The translations under genes were made by a program, and so were the position numbers. Under the pieces are notes generated by a model. That model worked only from the letters and a program-made list of their open reading frames with translations. It searched no databases and was not told the DNA's origin. DNA of 64,000 bases from an uncultured delta proteobacterium (GTDB lineage: Bacteria; Desulfobacterota; Binatia; UBA9968): assembly GCA_963728565.1 (NCBI GenBank), contig CAVSLC010000023.1, forward strand, positions 1 to 64,000, read 5' to 3'. Positions 1-9,729 of this stretch are shown in pieces; the first letter of the stretch is position 1, and each line of letters opens with the position of its first letter.

Positions 1-750
1 GATGGAATTCTCGATGACAGTCCAGCGCGATCCCGGACGCTGGTCTTGGTAAGCGTCCAAATGGACGCGATTATCCCGCCCAGTGAGCTTGATCCGGGCG
101 TCCTGGTAAAGCACTAACAACAGCGACGCGGCGTAGCTGCGCTGAAGAACCGCGGCCAGTTTACGCCGTTTCTCCAGAACCCAATTTTTGGCCTCGATGT
201 CGTTTATCGAGTAGAACAGGATAACCAGCTGCGGCTGGAGCTTTATTCCGACCGTCTTGAACTGGATAAGCTCCTGTTCGGTATTGTACGAGATTACGCT
301 CATATTAAGCGTGCGAAACGATGGCCGGCCGTGGTAGTACCAGTTCAGCCGGTCCTCGAGCTGCCGCGGAATAGAGTGTTCCACTGGTTGCCCGATGCCG
401 AATGGAAATGAATCGCCCAAAACAAGGATGCGGAACTCGTTTGGCGCCGGCTTCTCGGTGGTTTCGCGATCACGCATTCCGAAGCTGTTAATGGCGACGT
501 CCACACCCCAGAATTTCCCCGAAAGATCCGGTCGGTTGCGGTAGCCGATGGGCTGCTCGCGAATCATCGTATCCAAATATGCGGCAGTTTCGGGATAATA
601 TGAAATGCCGAATGGATCGAAGAGCCGCGCGCCGATCTCGAGCATGACCAATGCGACGATCAGCTGGATGACGACGATTCCGACCCAGCCGACGAGCGAC
701 AAGCACAGGCGCTTGAGACCCGTAGTGGATTTTCCGACACTGCTGGTCAT
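1..750 (-). CDS. SGNH/GDSL hydrolase-family membrane-anchored protein (3' end beyond window; absent from ORF track)
   Basis: Manual translation from ATG at 750: MTSSVGKSTTGLKRLCLSLVGWVGIVVIQLIVALVMLEIGARLF (N-terminal TM)...INSFGMRD...RILVLGDSFPFG (block I)...LNMSVISY (block II)...FYSINDIE (block III). No stop seen in the translated part. Confidence 0.8.
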   Translation of the reverse strand, partial: MTSSVGKSTTGLKRLCLSLVGWVGIVVIQLIVALVMLEIGARLFDPFGISYYPETAAYLDTMIREQPIGYRNRPDLSGKFWGVDVAINSFGMRDRETTEKPAPNEFRILVLGDSFPFGIGQPVEHSIPRQLEDRLNWYYHGRPSFRTLNMSVISYNTEQELIQFKTVGIKLQPQLVILFYSINDIEAKNWVLEKRRKLAAVLQRSYAASLLLVLYQDARIKLTGRDNRVHLDAYQDQRPGSRWTVIENSI

Positions 751-897
751 GAGAGACTCGGCGGATCAGGAGAGCTACGACTTCGTCCGTTGCATTAATC
801 AGCGGGTTTCAGCTTTAACTTCTTTGAGCAAGCTGAATGGCGTGGAGCCGTAAAGCGGTTATGCAGATCGATTACAGCTCTGCCGGTTGTTTTCAAC

Positions 898-2010
898 TTA
901 ACCGGCAGAAAGCGGCGATTTGGCTAGCGCCATCTGACGAAGTTTATTTTTCCTTATCTTGTTGAGCATGCCGATGCCCAACAAAGCTGCAAGCATGACA
1001 AACGCCACGATAGCGATGGCTGTCAAAATTCTGGCCATGGTCGTACTCAAACCCATGACTCCGAGCACGACCGAGACTCCGTACAGGATGAAGTTTGTCT
1101 GCCTGACAGTGAAACCTGCATCTAAAAGCCGGTGATGGATGTGCTTTCTGTCGGCACGGAAAAGCGGTTCTCGTTGCCACAATCGACGAGCAATCGTAGC
1201 CATCATGTCCATGATCGGAACTCCAAGCACAAGGAGCGTTACAAACGTCGCGTTGGTAAGCATCGACCTGTCGATCCCGTTGGTTTTGAATGAGGTTTCG
1301 ATGGAGACGGCCGCGAGAATAAATCCCAGGAACATAGCGCCGCAATCCCCTAGAAATATCTTGGCAGGGGGCCAGTTGTGATACAAAAAACCGGTGGCGC
1401 TTCCAAAAACCGCTACCAAGACGATGGTCATCAACAGATTTCCCGACAAAATTGAAAGAATTGCCAATGCTATGGAAGCGAGCATGACCAGCCCTGACGC
1501 CAGTCCATCCATGCCGTCAATGAGATTCATTGCATTGGTCACCCCCAGGATCCAGGCGACGGTCAACACCAATCCAATGACAAAGTCGACATCGACGATG
1601 CCGATGAACGGCAGATGTAATCGATCGATCACGAAGCCAAACGGCACTATCGTAAGCGCGGCAATGAACTGGCCGACCAGTTTCTTCGATGCTCGTAAGC
1701 CCTTGAGGTCGATGTCGTCGACAATTCCAACCAGCAGCACCAAGGTGCCGCCGATGCAAAGGCCGGTCAGGGACGGCATCGAAACGCTCAGCTGGCCATG
1801 AAACAGCCGGTAACCTAATACGATCGAGATGAAAAAGGCTATCGCGACAGATATACCGCCGATTCGCGGGATTGCTTGCTGGTGGACTTTTCGCTCATTC
1901 GGTAGATCGACGACGCCGTTTTCCAGAGCGATCCTGTGAAGCAACGGAGTGATCAGAACCGAAACGATCGCCGCGCTCAAAAACAAAGTAAGGAACGGAA
2001 GATAATCCAT
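898..2010 (-). CDS. wecA: WecA/TagO-type undecaprenyl-phosphate HexNAc-1-phosphate transferase (initiating enzyme)
   Basis: Multi-TM 370 aa with D.P..RK.H....PR.GG, NAMNLIDGMDGL, FLGDCGA and HIHH motifs of the MraY/WecA family. Confidence 0.9.
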   Translation of the reverse strand: MDYLPFLTLFLSAAIVSVLITPLLHRIALENGVVDLPNERKVHQQAIPRIGGISVAIAFFISIVLGYRLFHGQLSVSMPSLTGLCIGGTLVLLVGIVDDIDLKGLRASKKLVGQFIAALTIVPFGFVIDRLHLPFIGIVDVDFVIGLVLTVAWILGVTNAMNLIDGMDGLASGLVMLASIALAILSILSGNLLMTIVLVAVFGSATGFLYHNWPPAKIFLGDCGAMFLGFILAAVSIETSFKTNGIDRSMLTNATFVTLLVLGVPIMDMMATIARRLWQREPLFRADRKHIHHRLLDAGFTVRQTNFILYGVSVVLGVMGLSTTMARILTAIAIVAFVMLAALLGIGMLNKIRKNKLRQMALAKSPLSAG

Positions 2011-2047
2011 CGTGATAACCTCCGTTGTCTTGTCGCCCGGCAGCTAA

Positions 2048-3283
2048 TTATCCTTGTGACAGGGTCCGTATGCTGTCGTGGGGTTGAATCTCTCTCTCGC
2101 CGTGTTGCCGGGTGGCATGAATCTTCTGACGGACCAAACTGCGGTAAACCGCGTGTGTCTGAGAAACCATCGCGTCAATGGTCCACTGCCGTCCGACAAT
2201 TTCGCGGCCCTTGGCTCCCATTTCATGTGCGATCTCGGGATTTCTCAACAGGTACAGAACTCGATCCGCCAGCCGATTCACGTCTTTGGCTCTGACGAGG
2301 TAGCCGTTATAGGCGTCCTTGACGATCTCGGGTACGCCATCGACGTTAAACGCGACCAACGGTTTCGCCGCGGCGGCGGCCTGCACCAGAACCCGCGGCA
2401 GACCTTCCCATAATGCCGTCAACACGAAGACGTGTAAGATCGACAGCAAGTCGGGCACATCGTCGCGGTATCCGGTGAATATGACATCTTTGGCGATACC
2501 CAATTTAGCGGCGCGTGCTTCCAGCTCCTGCCGCTGGTCGCCTTTGCCGACAATGACGAATTTACAATCGGGTATGTTTTCTTTCACCGCCTTTGCCATT
2601 GCGAGAAAGAAAAGAAGGCCCTTCCTCGGCTCCAGCTGGCAAACAGTTCCAACGACTTTTTCATCAAGACCGATGCCGAGAGATTGCAACAGCTTGGTTT
2701 TCGGTGAAGTTACATTCAAATATTTCCTCAATGGCATGCCGCTGTAGACGGTTACGTACTGATCCGGCCTACCCACGCCTTGAGCTACGTAGCTTTTGGC
2801 CAGTACCGAGCTGACGGAAATAATTCGATGACAAAAACGCGCTGTCAGCTTTTCCAGGTGGCGGTAGGCAAGCCGTGCCGGCCGGCTGACAAAGGGATGA
2901 AACGTCGAGCCATGAAGAGTATGGACAATCACCGGAACGCCGGCGATCTTACCGGCAATTCTTCCTAGGATACCTGCTTTCGCCGTATGAGTATGAAGAA
3001 TGTCACATTGTGTTTTGCGGCAGAGTCGAATCAACGAACAAAGCGCCAACCAGTCATCGAGCGGAGTTATGTTTCTATAAAGATTGGGCAGGATGATAAA
3101 AGGCAGCTTCCCATGTAGCTTTCTCAGCATGGTTAAGTCGGATTGAATGCCGCCTGCCAGAAAACATTCCAACTGGCGATCTTTTGCGGCTAATCCTTGC
3201 AACGTATAAACGGTGTTCTCATCGGCGCCGCCGCCGATAAATCGTGTGATGATGTGGAGGACGACGACTTTGCCGTTTTTCAT
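2048..3283 (-). CDS. GT4 (GT-B) glycosyltransferase
   Basis: HTHTAKAG, VHTLHG, FTGYRDDV and WEGLPRVLVQA motifs. ATG at 3283 preferred over GTG at 3289. Confidence 0.9.
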   Translation of the reverse strand: MKNGKVVVLHIITRFIGGGADENTVYTLQGLAAKDRQLECFLAGGIQSDLTMLRKLHGKLPFIILPNLYRNITPLDDWLALCSLIRLCRKTQCDILHTHTAKAGILGRIAGKIAGVPVIVHTLHGSTFHPFVSRPARLAYRHLEKLTARFCHRIISVSSVLAKSYVAQGVGRPDQYVTVYSGMPLRKYLNVTSPKTKLLQSLGIGLDEKVVGTVCQLEPRKGLLFFLAMAKAVKENIPDCKFVIVGKGDQRQELEARAAKLGIAKDVIFTGYRDDVPDLLSILHVFVLTALWEGLPRVLVQAAAAAKPLVAFNVDGVPEIVKDAYNGYLVRAKDVNRLADRVLYLLRNPEIAHEMGAKGREIVGRQWTIDAMVSQTHAVYRSLVRQKIHATRQHGEREIQPHDSIRTLSQG

Positions 3284-3334
3284 TGGCACACTATCCGAAT
3301 CATGAATGATTGATGATTACGCTCGAACGTCAAT

Positions 3335-3745
3335 TCAGGGCCTGGCTTTGAAAGCGCAGGGATAACGGCGGGCAATCAGCAGCGCTAATAAGGCACCGAT
3401 CAAGTCGAGACCTAAATCGGTCACCGCAGGAGTTCGCGTCGGCACGAACAGTTGAATGATTTCAGAGCCGATTGACACAAAAACACATCCTATTAGCGAT
3501 ATCATTTCAATTTTGCGCGGGCTCTGAGCAGTACGAGCCGAGAATAACCAACGGCTGAAAAGAAAGTTCAGGATGAAGAATGCGCTGACATGATAAGGAT
3601 ACTGAATAAAACGCCGCGGCATTTCAAAAACGAGCTTCTTCTGAAAAAAGGAGCTCGAGGGGCGCGAAGCAATCCAGAAGATGATGCCGATCCAGAGGAG
3701 CAGGGGCAGAGCCGTGGTCCACCGCGGTTCACGATGATTCACCAT
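3335..3745 (-). CDS. VanZ-family membrane protein
   Basis: Hydrophobic, with W...IF..SS, H...F..L and SEIIQLFVPTRTPAVTDLGLD (VanZ E..Q...P.R.....D). ATG at 3745 follows an AGGAGG. Confidence 0.8.
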   Translation of the reverse strand: MVNHREPRWTTALPLLLWIGIIFWIASRPSSSFFQKKLVFEMPRRFIQYPYHVSAFFILNFLFSRWLFSARTAQSPRKIEMISLIGCVFVSIGSEIIQLFVPTRTPAVTDLGLDLIGALLALLIARRYPCAFKARP

Positions 3746-4526
3746 TGCTGGTGCCCGCCTCCTGTCTCTCTTGACAATTCCCCCAGTCAAAAAACTGCCA
3801 CTGCTGTGACTCGGCTGGAGAATCGTTAAAACTCAGAGAGCGCAGCAATTGCTCTCGATCCAAGATATTAGAAATGATTCCTATCAAGCTCTCGTGATCC
3901 ACGCGCTCATCGGGCGGCGGTAATCGATGCCAATGCCGGGCTATCACTCGGAGCGAAAGCCGGTGTACATGGGGATAAAAGTTGAAATCGGTCTTTGTCG
4001 GGGTGGGCGGCACGACTAACAGGATTGCGCCCTCGGCAGAGAGCGATCCCAGAGCGCTGCTCCAGGTCGAGGGCTCGCCGCTGGTATCGACGATCAACGG
4101 CAGCGCCGCGGCCGATTGGATTGTCTCGATTTGGACATGATGAGATCTCAGTATTTCTTCGGCGAGAGCGGCCAAAAGCCCTTTGCCCAGGATGGCGGCG
4201 CGCTGCGCCGGCAAAACAGCATTTAGCGCCGCAGCCATCGCGATCGCCGGCAGCAGCAACGCGCCTATCTCAGCCGGTTCCCCGCTTAGTGGGAGCATGT
4301 CCGCTCTCAGCATCTGGACTCTTTCCGCCGGCAAACCCCAGCCTGCGTAGCGGTTCTCGGGCGATCGCGCGTCACAGCCGACCAAAAAAGCTGCATCCCG
4401 CACGGCGGGCGGCAACAGCACGCTCGAGACGATCAGGGACATGTCCCGGTCACTGGCTTGGGGCGCGGCAATCGACTCGATTTGCCAGCCGCCATCGCCC
4501 CACGCTAACTTTCGCACGACGTTCAT
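3729..4526 (-). CDS. Degenerate medium-chain dehydrogenase (MDR)-like protein
   Basis: AAILGKGLLAALA, IVDTSGEP and DFNFYPHVHRLSLRVIARH align by eye to AAIFGRGPIGHL, TYEASGEA and EFDFSALANRRISLIGAH of the upstream gene. ATGA-coupled to it. Confidence 0.6.
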   Translation of the reverse strand: MNVVRKLAWGDGGWQIESIAAPQASDRDMSLIVSSVLLPPAVRDAAFLVGCDARSPENRYAGWGLPAERVQMLRADMLPLSGEPAEIGALLLPAIAMAAALNAVLPAQRAAILGKGLLAALAEEILRSHHVQIETIQSAAALPLIVDTSGEPSTWSSALGSLSAEGAILLVVPPTPTKTDFNFYPHVHRLSLRVIARHWHRLPPPDERVDHESLIGIISNILDREQLLRSLSFNDSPAESQQWQFFDWGNCQERQEAGTSNGESS

Positions 4527-6886
4527 ATTTCGGGATACTCGACGGCAATCGCCCGACCTTCACGGGACGACCGATAAGCTGCCTCGATAATCGCTTGCAC
4601 GCGCAGACCATCCTCGCCGGTGATTTCGAGCGGCTTGCCCTTGAGCACCGCCAGCGCGAAGCGGTCTAGATACTCGACCTGTTCGCGGCGCAATTTGGGC
4701 AGCGGCTTTAAGGATTGCCAGCGCTCGGGGCGCTTGCCGTCGATCAACCGGCTGGAATAAAACTGGAAGGGTTCGGACAAAGAGAGATATCCTTCGGTTC
4801 CCCAGAGCCGAAAATCAATGAGCTCGCGACGCAATCCCTGAACGCACGAGCTGACATTCACGGTGGCGAGAGCGCCGTTGTCGAAGGTAATCAAGATCAC
4901 GATGGCATCTTCAACCTGGGCGGGACTGTCCAGTGTTCCATAGCGCGCCGAAACCTCCTTCACCTTCAGGCCGCTCAAATAGACAAGCCAATCGAGGTAG
5001 TGAATTGCACTCATGATGAGTACGCCGCCCCCGGCTGTTTCCCATTTGGAACGCCAATCGGTACCGCCGCCTTTGCCCCCCTGCTGCCAATAGTGCGCGG
5101 GCGTATAGCGGTGATAGGCAACGTGCGCGCCCAGGATTGTACCGACAGCGCCGCTATCCAAGAGTTGCTTCGCTTTGACGATCTGGGGGAGGTAGCGCGT
5201 TCCCAGCCATACCGAGAGTTGAACTCCGGCATCGTTAGCCGCCCGTACCGCTCGAAGCGCTTCTCCTAAGTTTTGCGCGAGCGGTTTTTCGACGATGATA
5301 TGTTTCCCGGCCCGGGCTGCAGCGACAGCCTGCTCGGCGTGCAAATGGTGCGGTGTGCAGATAAATACCGCATCGACCGATTTGCTGGACAAAACCTCGT
5401 CGTAATCGCTAGTCCAGGGAACGGATGATTGCTGGCCTAATCGACGTGCCAGCTCGCTGCTTGCATCCATCACCATCGCCAGCCTGGTGTGCTCGGCTCG
5501 TCCGATGTGAGCGGCGCTGCTGCCTCCACGCTGGCCGCAGCCAATCACCGCAACTCGCAAGAATTCTGTTTGCCCTGGGAGATCAAGCTGCGGACGAACC
5601 TCTTCCTTTGCAAAGGATGCAGCTGTCTCGGTCTCGACGAACTGGTCCAGGCCGACCGTTTTTAAGCTCGATTTGCCGCGCATGCTTTCCGACTCAGGCG
5701 GTGTCCAGTAGGAAATATTCTTAATTCGATCAGCGTCACTCAGATCACTCCATCTCATGAGAGCTCCGACCCAATCCGGTTGCCCGTAGGCGAGCTGGCG
5801 ATAGAACCAGCCGACCTCCCAAGGATTCACTTCAATGCTGATCAAGGACTCGACATCGAGCTTGTTTTCCGCCAACAGGCGAAGAAAGGTTTCTCCTGCC
5901 TGTCTATAATTGGGGCCGTGGGCGCCGTCGTCGCGCGATAACGTGTTCAAGTGCGCCCCGATGAGGCTGATCCTGCGATTTGCCAATGCGGAAAAGTCGA
6001 ATTCTCGCGTGTCGGCTCGCGGGCTCCCCAGTAATACCACGCGGCCGCCCTCCTTGGTCGCGCGCACGGCCTCGCTGATGGCGCGGGCTTCGCCGCTGGC
6101 TTCGTAGGTGACATCCGCTTGCAAGCTGTCGAGAAGGCTCTCGCCTTCTTCCGTGCTTGCAATAAGACGCTGAGAAAAGCGTTTGAGCTGAGGCCTGGAG
6201 TGCCGCGTCGAGGGAGCGATAGAAATTACTTCGCCGGCGCCGAGTGCGTGCGCCAATTGAACGGTTAAGTGTCCGATCGGCCCGCGGCCGAAAATTGCGG
6301 CGCGTTCGCCCGGGTGCAAATCGCCGCGCCAGATCCCGTGAAGGGCGATGATGCCCAAGCTGATAAAAGCTCCGCTCTCCGGACAGACGCCTGCCGGAAG
6401 CGGGAACAACGACTTCGCCGGCACGACCGCAATACTTGCGTGGCAAGCGTGCATAGCTACCAGCTGGCCTTGCTGCAGGTGCCCGACATCTTTGCCGATC
6501 AGCCAAACTTCTCCAGCCGAGGAATAACCTGGATAACGGGGAAAGCGTTCCACAGTATTGGCTTGAAGGCTGAACATCGCGCGCTCGGTACCGACACTTA
6601 CCGACGAAGCGATGGTGCGCACCAAGACTTGATCCGGAGCCGGGCCGCTAACGTCGAAAGGGACGGTCCATGCATGTCCAGGCACATCCCACTCGACACG
6701 CACCCCACGGAAAACCGGACGCAAGCCGGTGATTGCGCGGGCGCGAGCCTGTCCCCAGCGCAGCCATAAATAGATACCGTCACGGCGCGAGCCGATAAGT
6801 CCTTTCGCTGCCGTTTTGCTGCGCTTTAGCACCGACTTGGTCACGGAATCATTGCTGAAACCGGTAGCCGTTTGGTGACCTATCAT
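4523..6886 (-). CDS. Bi-domain oxidoreductase: MDR-type dehydrogenase fused to Gfo/Idh/MocA oxidoreductase
   Basis: N-half VSVGTE, PGYSSAG, GRGPIG. C-half VAVIGCGQRG, ICTPHHLH, IVEKP, GGGVL...IHYLD. Start uncertain; the ORF is open to 7126 but the first 80 codons look non-protein-like. Confidence 0.85.
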   Translation of the reverse strand: MIGHQTATGFSNDSVTKSVLKRSKTAAKGLIGSRRDGIYLWLRWGQARARAITGLRPVFRGVRVEWDVPGHAWTVPFDVSGPAPDQVLVRTIASSVSVGTERAMFSLQANTVERFPRYPGYSSAGEVWLIGKDVGHLQQGQLVAMHACHASIAVVPAKSLFPLPAGVCPESGAFISLGIIALHGIWRGDLHPGERAAIFGRGPIGHLTVQLAHALGAGEVISIAPSTRHSRPQLKRFSQRLIASTEEGESLLDSLQADVTYEASGEARAISEAVRATKEGGRVVLLGSPRADTREFDFSALANRRISLIGAHLNTLSRDDGAHGPNYRQAGETFLRLLAENKLDVESLISIEVNPWEVGWFYRQLAYGQPDWVGALMRWSDLSDADRIKNISYWTPPESESMRGKSSLKTVGLDQFVETETAASFAKEEVRPQLDLPGQTEFLRVAVIGCGQRGGSSAAHIGRAEHTRLAMVMDASSELARRLGQQSSVPWTSDYDEVLSSKSVDAVFICTPHHLHAEQAVAAARAGKHIIVEKPLAQNLGEALRAVRAANDAGVQLSVWLGTRYLPQIVKAKQLLDSGAVGTILGAHVAYHRYTPAHYWQQGGKGGGTDWRSKWETAGGGVLIMSAIHYLDWLVYLSGLKVKEVSARYGTLDSPAQVEDAIVILITFDNGALATVNVSSCVQGLRRELIDFRLWGTEGYLSLSEPFQFYSSRLIDGKRPERWQSLKPLPKLRREQVEYLDRFALAVLKGKPLEITGEDGLRVQAIIEAAYRSSREGRAIAVEYPEI

Positions 6887-7140
6887 AGGCGCTCGCCTTC
6901 TTTTGTTATCTGAAATGTCGCGCTCACCGCGCGCTCCCAAAATTCTTCGATACCGCTGCGATGAGTACTCAAAGACAACGCGATGAACAGGCGCTGCGGT
7001 GTGCAATTTAGACTTTTTAGACCCAATGCCATTAATCCTCTCGCCTCTTCCATTGACGTCATGCCGACGCGCCGTTGAGGTCCATCTATAATGGTTGTCG
7101 AGAGCAGCTCGCAGAGATTGAGGCAAGTATTGACAGCAAG

Positions 7141-8517
7141 CTAAAGCGCCGCTCGATCACGCTCAGCTTGGTGGAACATATTCAAGATAGCAGGGCCTAT
7201 CTGGGAGATATGCCGTCCCTCTTTTTGCATCGGACCGGCACCCAGTAATGAAGTGGTCGCTTGATTGGCCAAGAAAATGCCCTTCCAGTCGTGGTTGGCT
7301 TCATCAGGGCCGGTGTCATTGTCAAAAGTATGAATACCGTCGAGACCCACCGAGCCCACAGATCTCCAGGCCAGATTGCCGAAGTAGATTGTCAAGTCGG
7401 GCGGGATTCCGCGGATCTGGCTTTTATAGATTTCTTCGGGCCGGTACGCGGTGGAGCCGATGTTTTTACCATCGGGATCTTCAATGGCAGCGATTTTATC
7501 GATCAGCTCCTGTCGGACATTCTCGTAATCGTCGGGCTCGATGATGCCCCGCGGCTCGCGCCCTTTGACATTGAGAAACAGTCTTCCATGATAACCACCC
7601 TCGCCCCACGCCAGCGTACGATCCCAATCTACTTCGACCTCCTCGAGCCTCTTGGGCTCGCGGGGATAGCGGTGCAACTTGAGATATCCTTGCTGAATCA
7701 GCCACTCGTTGATGCAAATGCCGCCGTCCATTTTTTTCGCGCCATGGTCGGAAACCACCAGAACCGCCGTATCCCGCGGCACCAGCGACAGCAGCTCTCC
7801 GATCTCTTTATCAAGATAGCGATAGTAGTCCTTGATACTGAGCTCAAAGGAGTTGCCCCTACGATATTTTCGATGCGCCGGATCGCAATAACTCCAAAAA
7901 CCATGCTGGATTCGGTCCACTCCCATCTCCACCATCATGAAAAACTCCCAGGGTTTGGTACTGATCAGATGTTTGGCGACGCGAAAGTGTTTCTGCGTCT
8001 TGGCATAAATCCGCTGCAGCAGATCTTCTTTATCTTCGGTTCGGAAATTATCGACATCGAGCACGTAGCCGTCCGCTACCCGCTCGATCTCGTCCTTAAG
8101 GTCGGCCGGAAAGGTATACGGATGTTTTGTAGACGGCGTGAGAAAATCACTGACAATGCAGCCGTTGACGGGCGTAATCGGATACGTCTGAGGAACACCG
8201 ATAAGAATGACTCTTTTCCCTTCCTGGGAGAGTTTGTCCCAAGCTCGGGGCGCCGTGACGACTCGTGCGTTGGCAAGCGCGTATCCATCATATGAGTAAT
8301 CTTTTCGGTTGCGGAAACCGTAAAATCCCAGTTCCCCGGGATCGAGACCGCTCATCATAGAAGACCAGGCCGGAACTGTAATCGGCGGGTGTGTGCTGCG
8401 AAGTTCGCCCCCCATTCCACCGCATGCCAAAGAGCGAAGGTTTGGCAGCTCATCCCACCATTGGTTGAAGACCAAATCCGGTACCGCGCTGTCTAATCCG
8501 ATAACCACTAGTTTCAT
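7141..8517 (-). CDS. Alkaline-phosphatase superfamily phosphodiesterase/nucleotide pyrophosphatase-like protein (COG3379-like)
   Basis: VIGLDSA, STHPPITVPAWSSMMSG (Thr nucleophile), DRIQH, VSDHG and ANH metal ligands. Confidence 0.85.
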   Translation of the reverse strand: MKLVVIGLDSAVPDLVFNQWWDELPNLRSLACGGMGGELRSTHPPITVPAWSSMMSGLDPGELGFYGFRNRKDYSYDGYALANARVVTAPRAWDKLSQEGKRVILIGVPQTYPITPVNGCIVSDFLTPSTKHPYTFPADLKDEIERVADGYVLDVDNFRTEDKEDLLQRIYAKTQKHFRVAKHLISTKPWEFFMMVEMGVDRIQHGFWSYCDPAHRKYRRGNSFELSIKDYYRYLDKEIGELLSLVPRDTAVLVVSDHGAKKMDGGICINEWLIQQGYLKLHRYPREPKRLEEVEVDWDRTLAWGEGGYHGRLFLNVKGREPRGIIEPDDYENVRQELIDKIAAIEDPDGKNIGSTAYRPEEIYKSQIRGIPPDLTIYFGNLAWRSVGSVGLDGIHTFDNDTGPDEANHDWKGIFLANQATTSLLGAGPMQKEGRHISQIGPAILNMFHQAERDRAAL

Positions 8518-8607
8518 TCATACCTCGCTGCTGCCGAGGCGGCGGGCGCCGCGCCGATAGGGTAGAGTGTTTGTGCGTGTTGACCGAAAGAAACCAGTCC
8601 CCCGGCT

Positions 8608-9729
8608 TCATTGGAGGCGGCGCGCCGCCGCCGAACAGGACGCCAGCCTGACCCCTGAGAGCGCGTGTCGATCGCTGGAATCGAGCGGACGGACTCCCGC
8701 ATTGACGAATGCTTCCTGAGCCGCAGCACACGCGTCCTGCGTCGGGCTATGAGATGCCGGGAAGGGGTTGACCTCATTGCCGACGGCGTTGATGTCTCTT
8801 GACAGGTCGTCCGCGCTGAAGTTTCCCCGCAAGTAGACACGCGCAGGGTTTCGCGTGTCGCCGCCGGAACACTCCCTCGCGTGCTTAGGGTTCGCATCAG
8901 CTCCGCTGCAGATGATCAGTGCGTCTTCCTTGTCGCCGCCGTTAGAGGAATAGAAATTGTTGACAATATTCGCGCGCGCACGGTTGCGGATGAGCGTGCC
9001 GTAACCGGCTCCCCAGTCAAAAATCAGGTTGTTCCACATATCGAGAGTAATATCGGTATCAGCCGTGACAGCCTGATCGATGCTGACCTGCGGATTTCTG
9101 GTTTGCCCTTTTACAAAAATATTGTGGTGAAGAGTGATCCGCGACGGATTATTCTTGATTAACATGGATTTTCTGCTGAGCGGCGCTGCAAAGATGCTCC
9201 AGGATATGGTGACGTCGCGACTGCCGTCGGTGACGTCAAGGTTGCCGTCGCCGGAGCCATGAATCGCGACATGGTCAATCACTACGTTATAGGCTGCCGA
9301 AAAAATCTGAACGCCATCCGCCGGCGCATTGCGTATGCGAATGCTTCGCACGATCACATCATGAGCACCCTTGTTTCCGGAGATCCGAATGCCGCCATTT
9401 TTGATGGTGATGCCTGGCGGGGGAGCGGTTGAGCCGTCGATGGTGACGAAGGCGCCGAGAACTTCGATGTATTTACTCCCGACCGTAATTTCGCCGCCGA
9501 CATCGAAGACAACGGTTCGGTTTCCTCTGGACACCGCGTCGCGCAGACTGCCGGGCCCCGCGTCATTGAGGTTGGTAACGCGCACCATGGCTCGACCGTT
9601 GCCGCCTCTGGTTTTGGCGCCGAAGCCTTGAATCACCGGGAAAGACGAACTTGCGCCTTTGCTTTCGATCGATAAAGCCAGCGCAAAGAAAAGAGACGCC
9701 GTGGCGCAGAGATTTTTACTGCGATTCAT
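8608..9729 (-). CDS. Secreted pectate-lyase (PL1)-like beta-helix polysaccharide lyase
   Basis: Signal peptide after ATG 9729; GFGAKTRGG, VTNLNDAGPGSLRDA, VVIDH, DGNLDV, ITLHHN and RNPQV motifs. Confidence 0.85.
   Translation of the reverse strand: MNRSKNLCATASLFFALALSIESKGASSSFPVIQGFGAKTRGGNGRAMVRVTNLNDAGPGSLRDAVSRGNRTVVFDVGGEITVGSKYIEVLGAFVTIDGSTAPPPGITIKNGGIRISGNKGAHDVIVRSIRIRNAPADGVQIFSAAYNVVIDHVAIHGSGDGNLDVTDGSRDVTISWSIFAAPLSRKSMLIKNNPSRITLHHNIFVKGQTRNPQVSIDQAVTADTDITLDMWNNLIFDWGAGYGTLIRNRARANIVNNFYSSNGGDKEDALIICSGADANPKHARECSGGDTRNPARVYLRGNFSADDLSRDINAVGNEVNPFPASHSPTQDACAAAQEAFVNAGVRPLDSSDRHALSGVRLASCSAAARRLQ

Noticed and set aside
7261-8295. 344-aa plus-strand ORF
   Set aside because: Antisense shadow of the AlkP-family gene; no motifs, and expected in GC-rich coding DNA.
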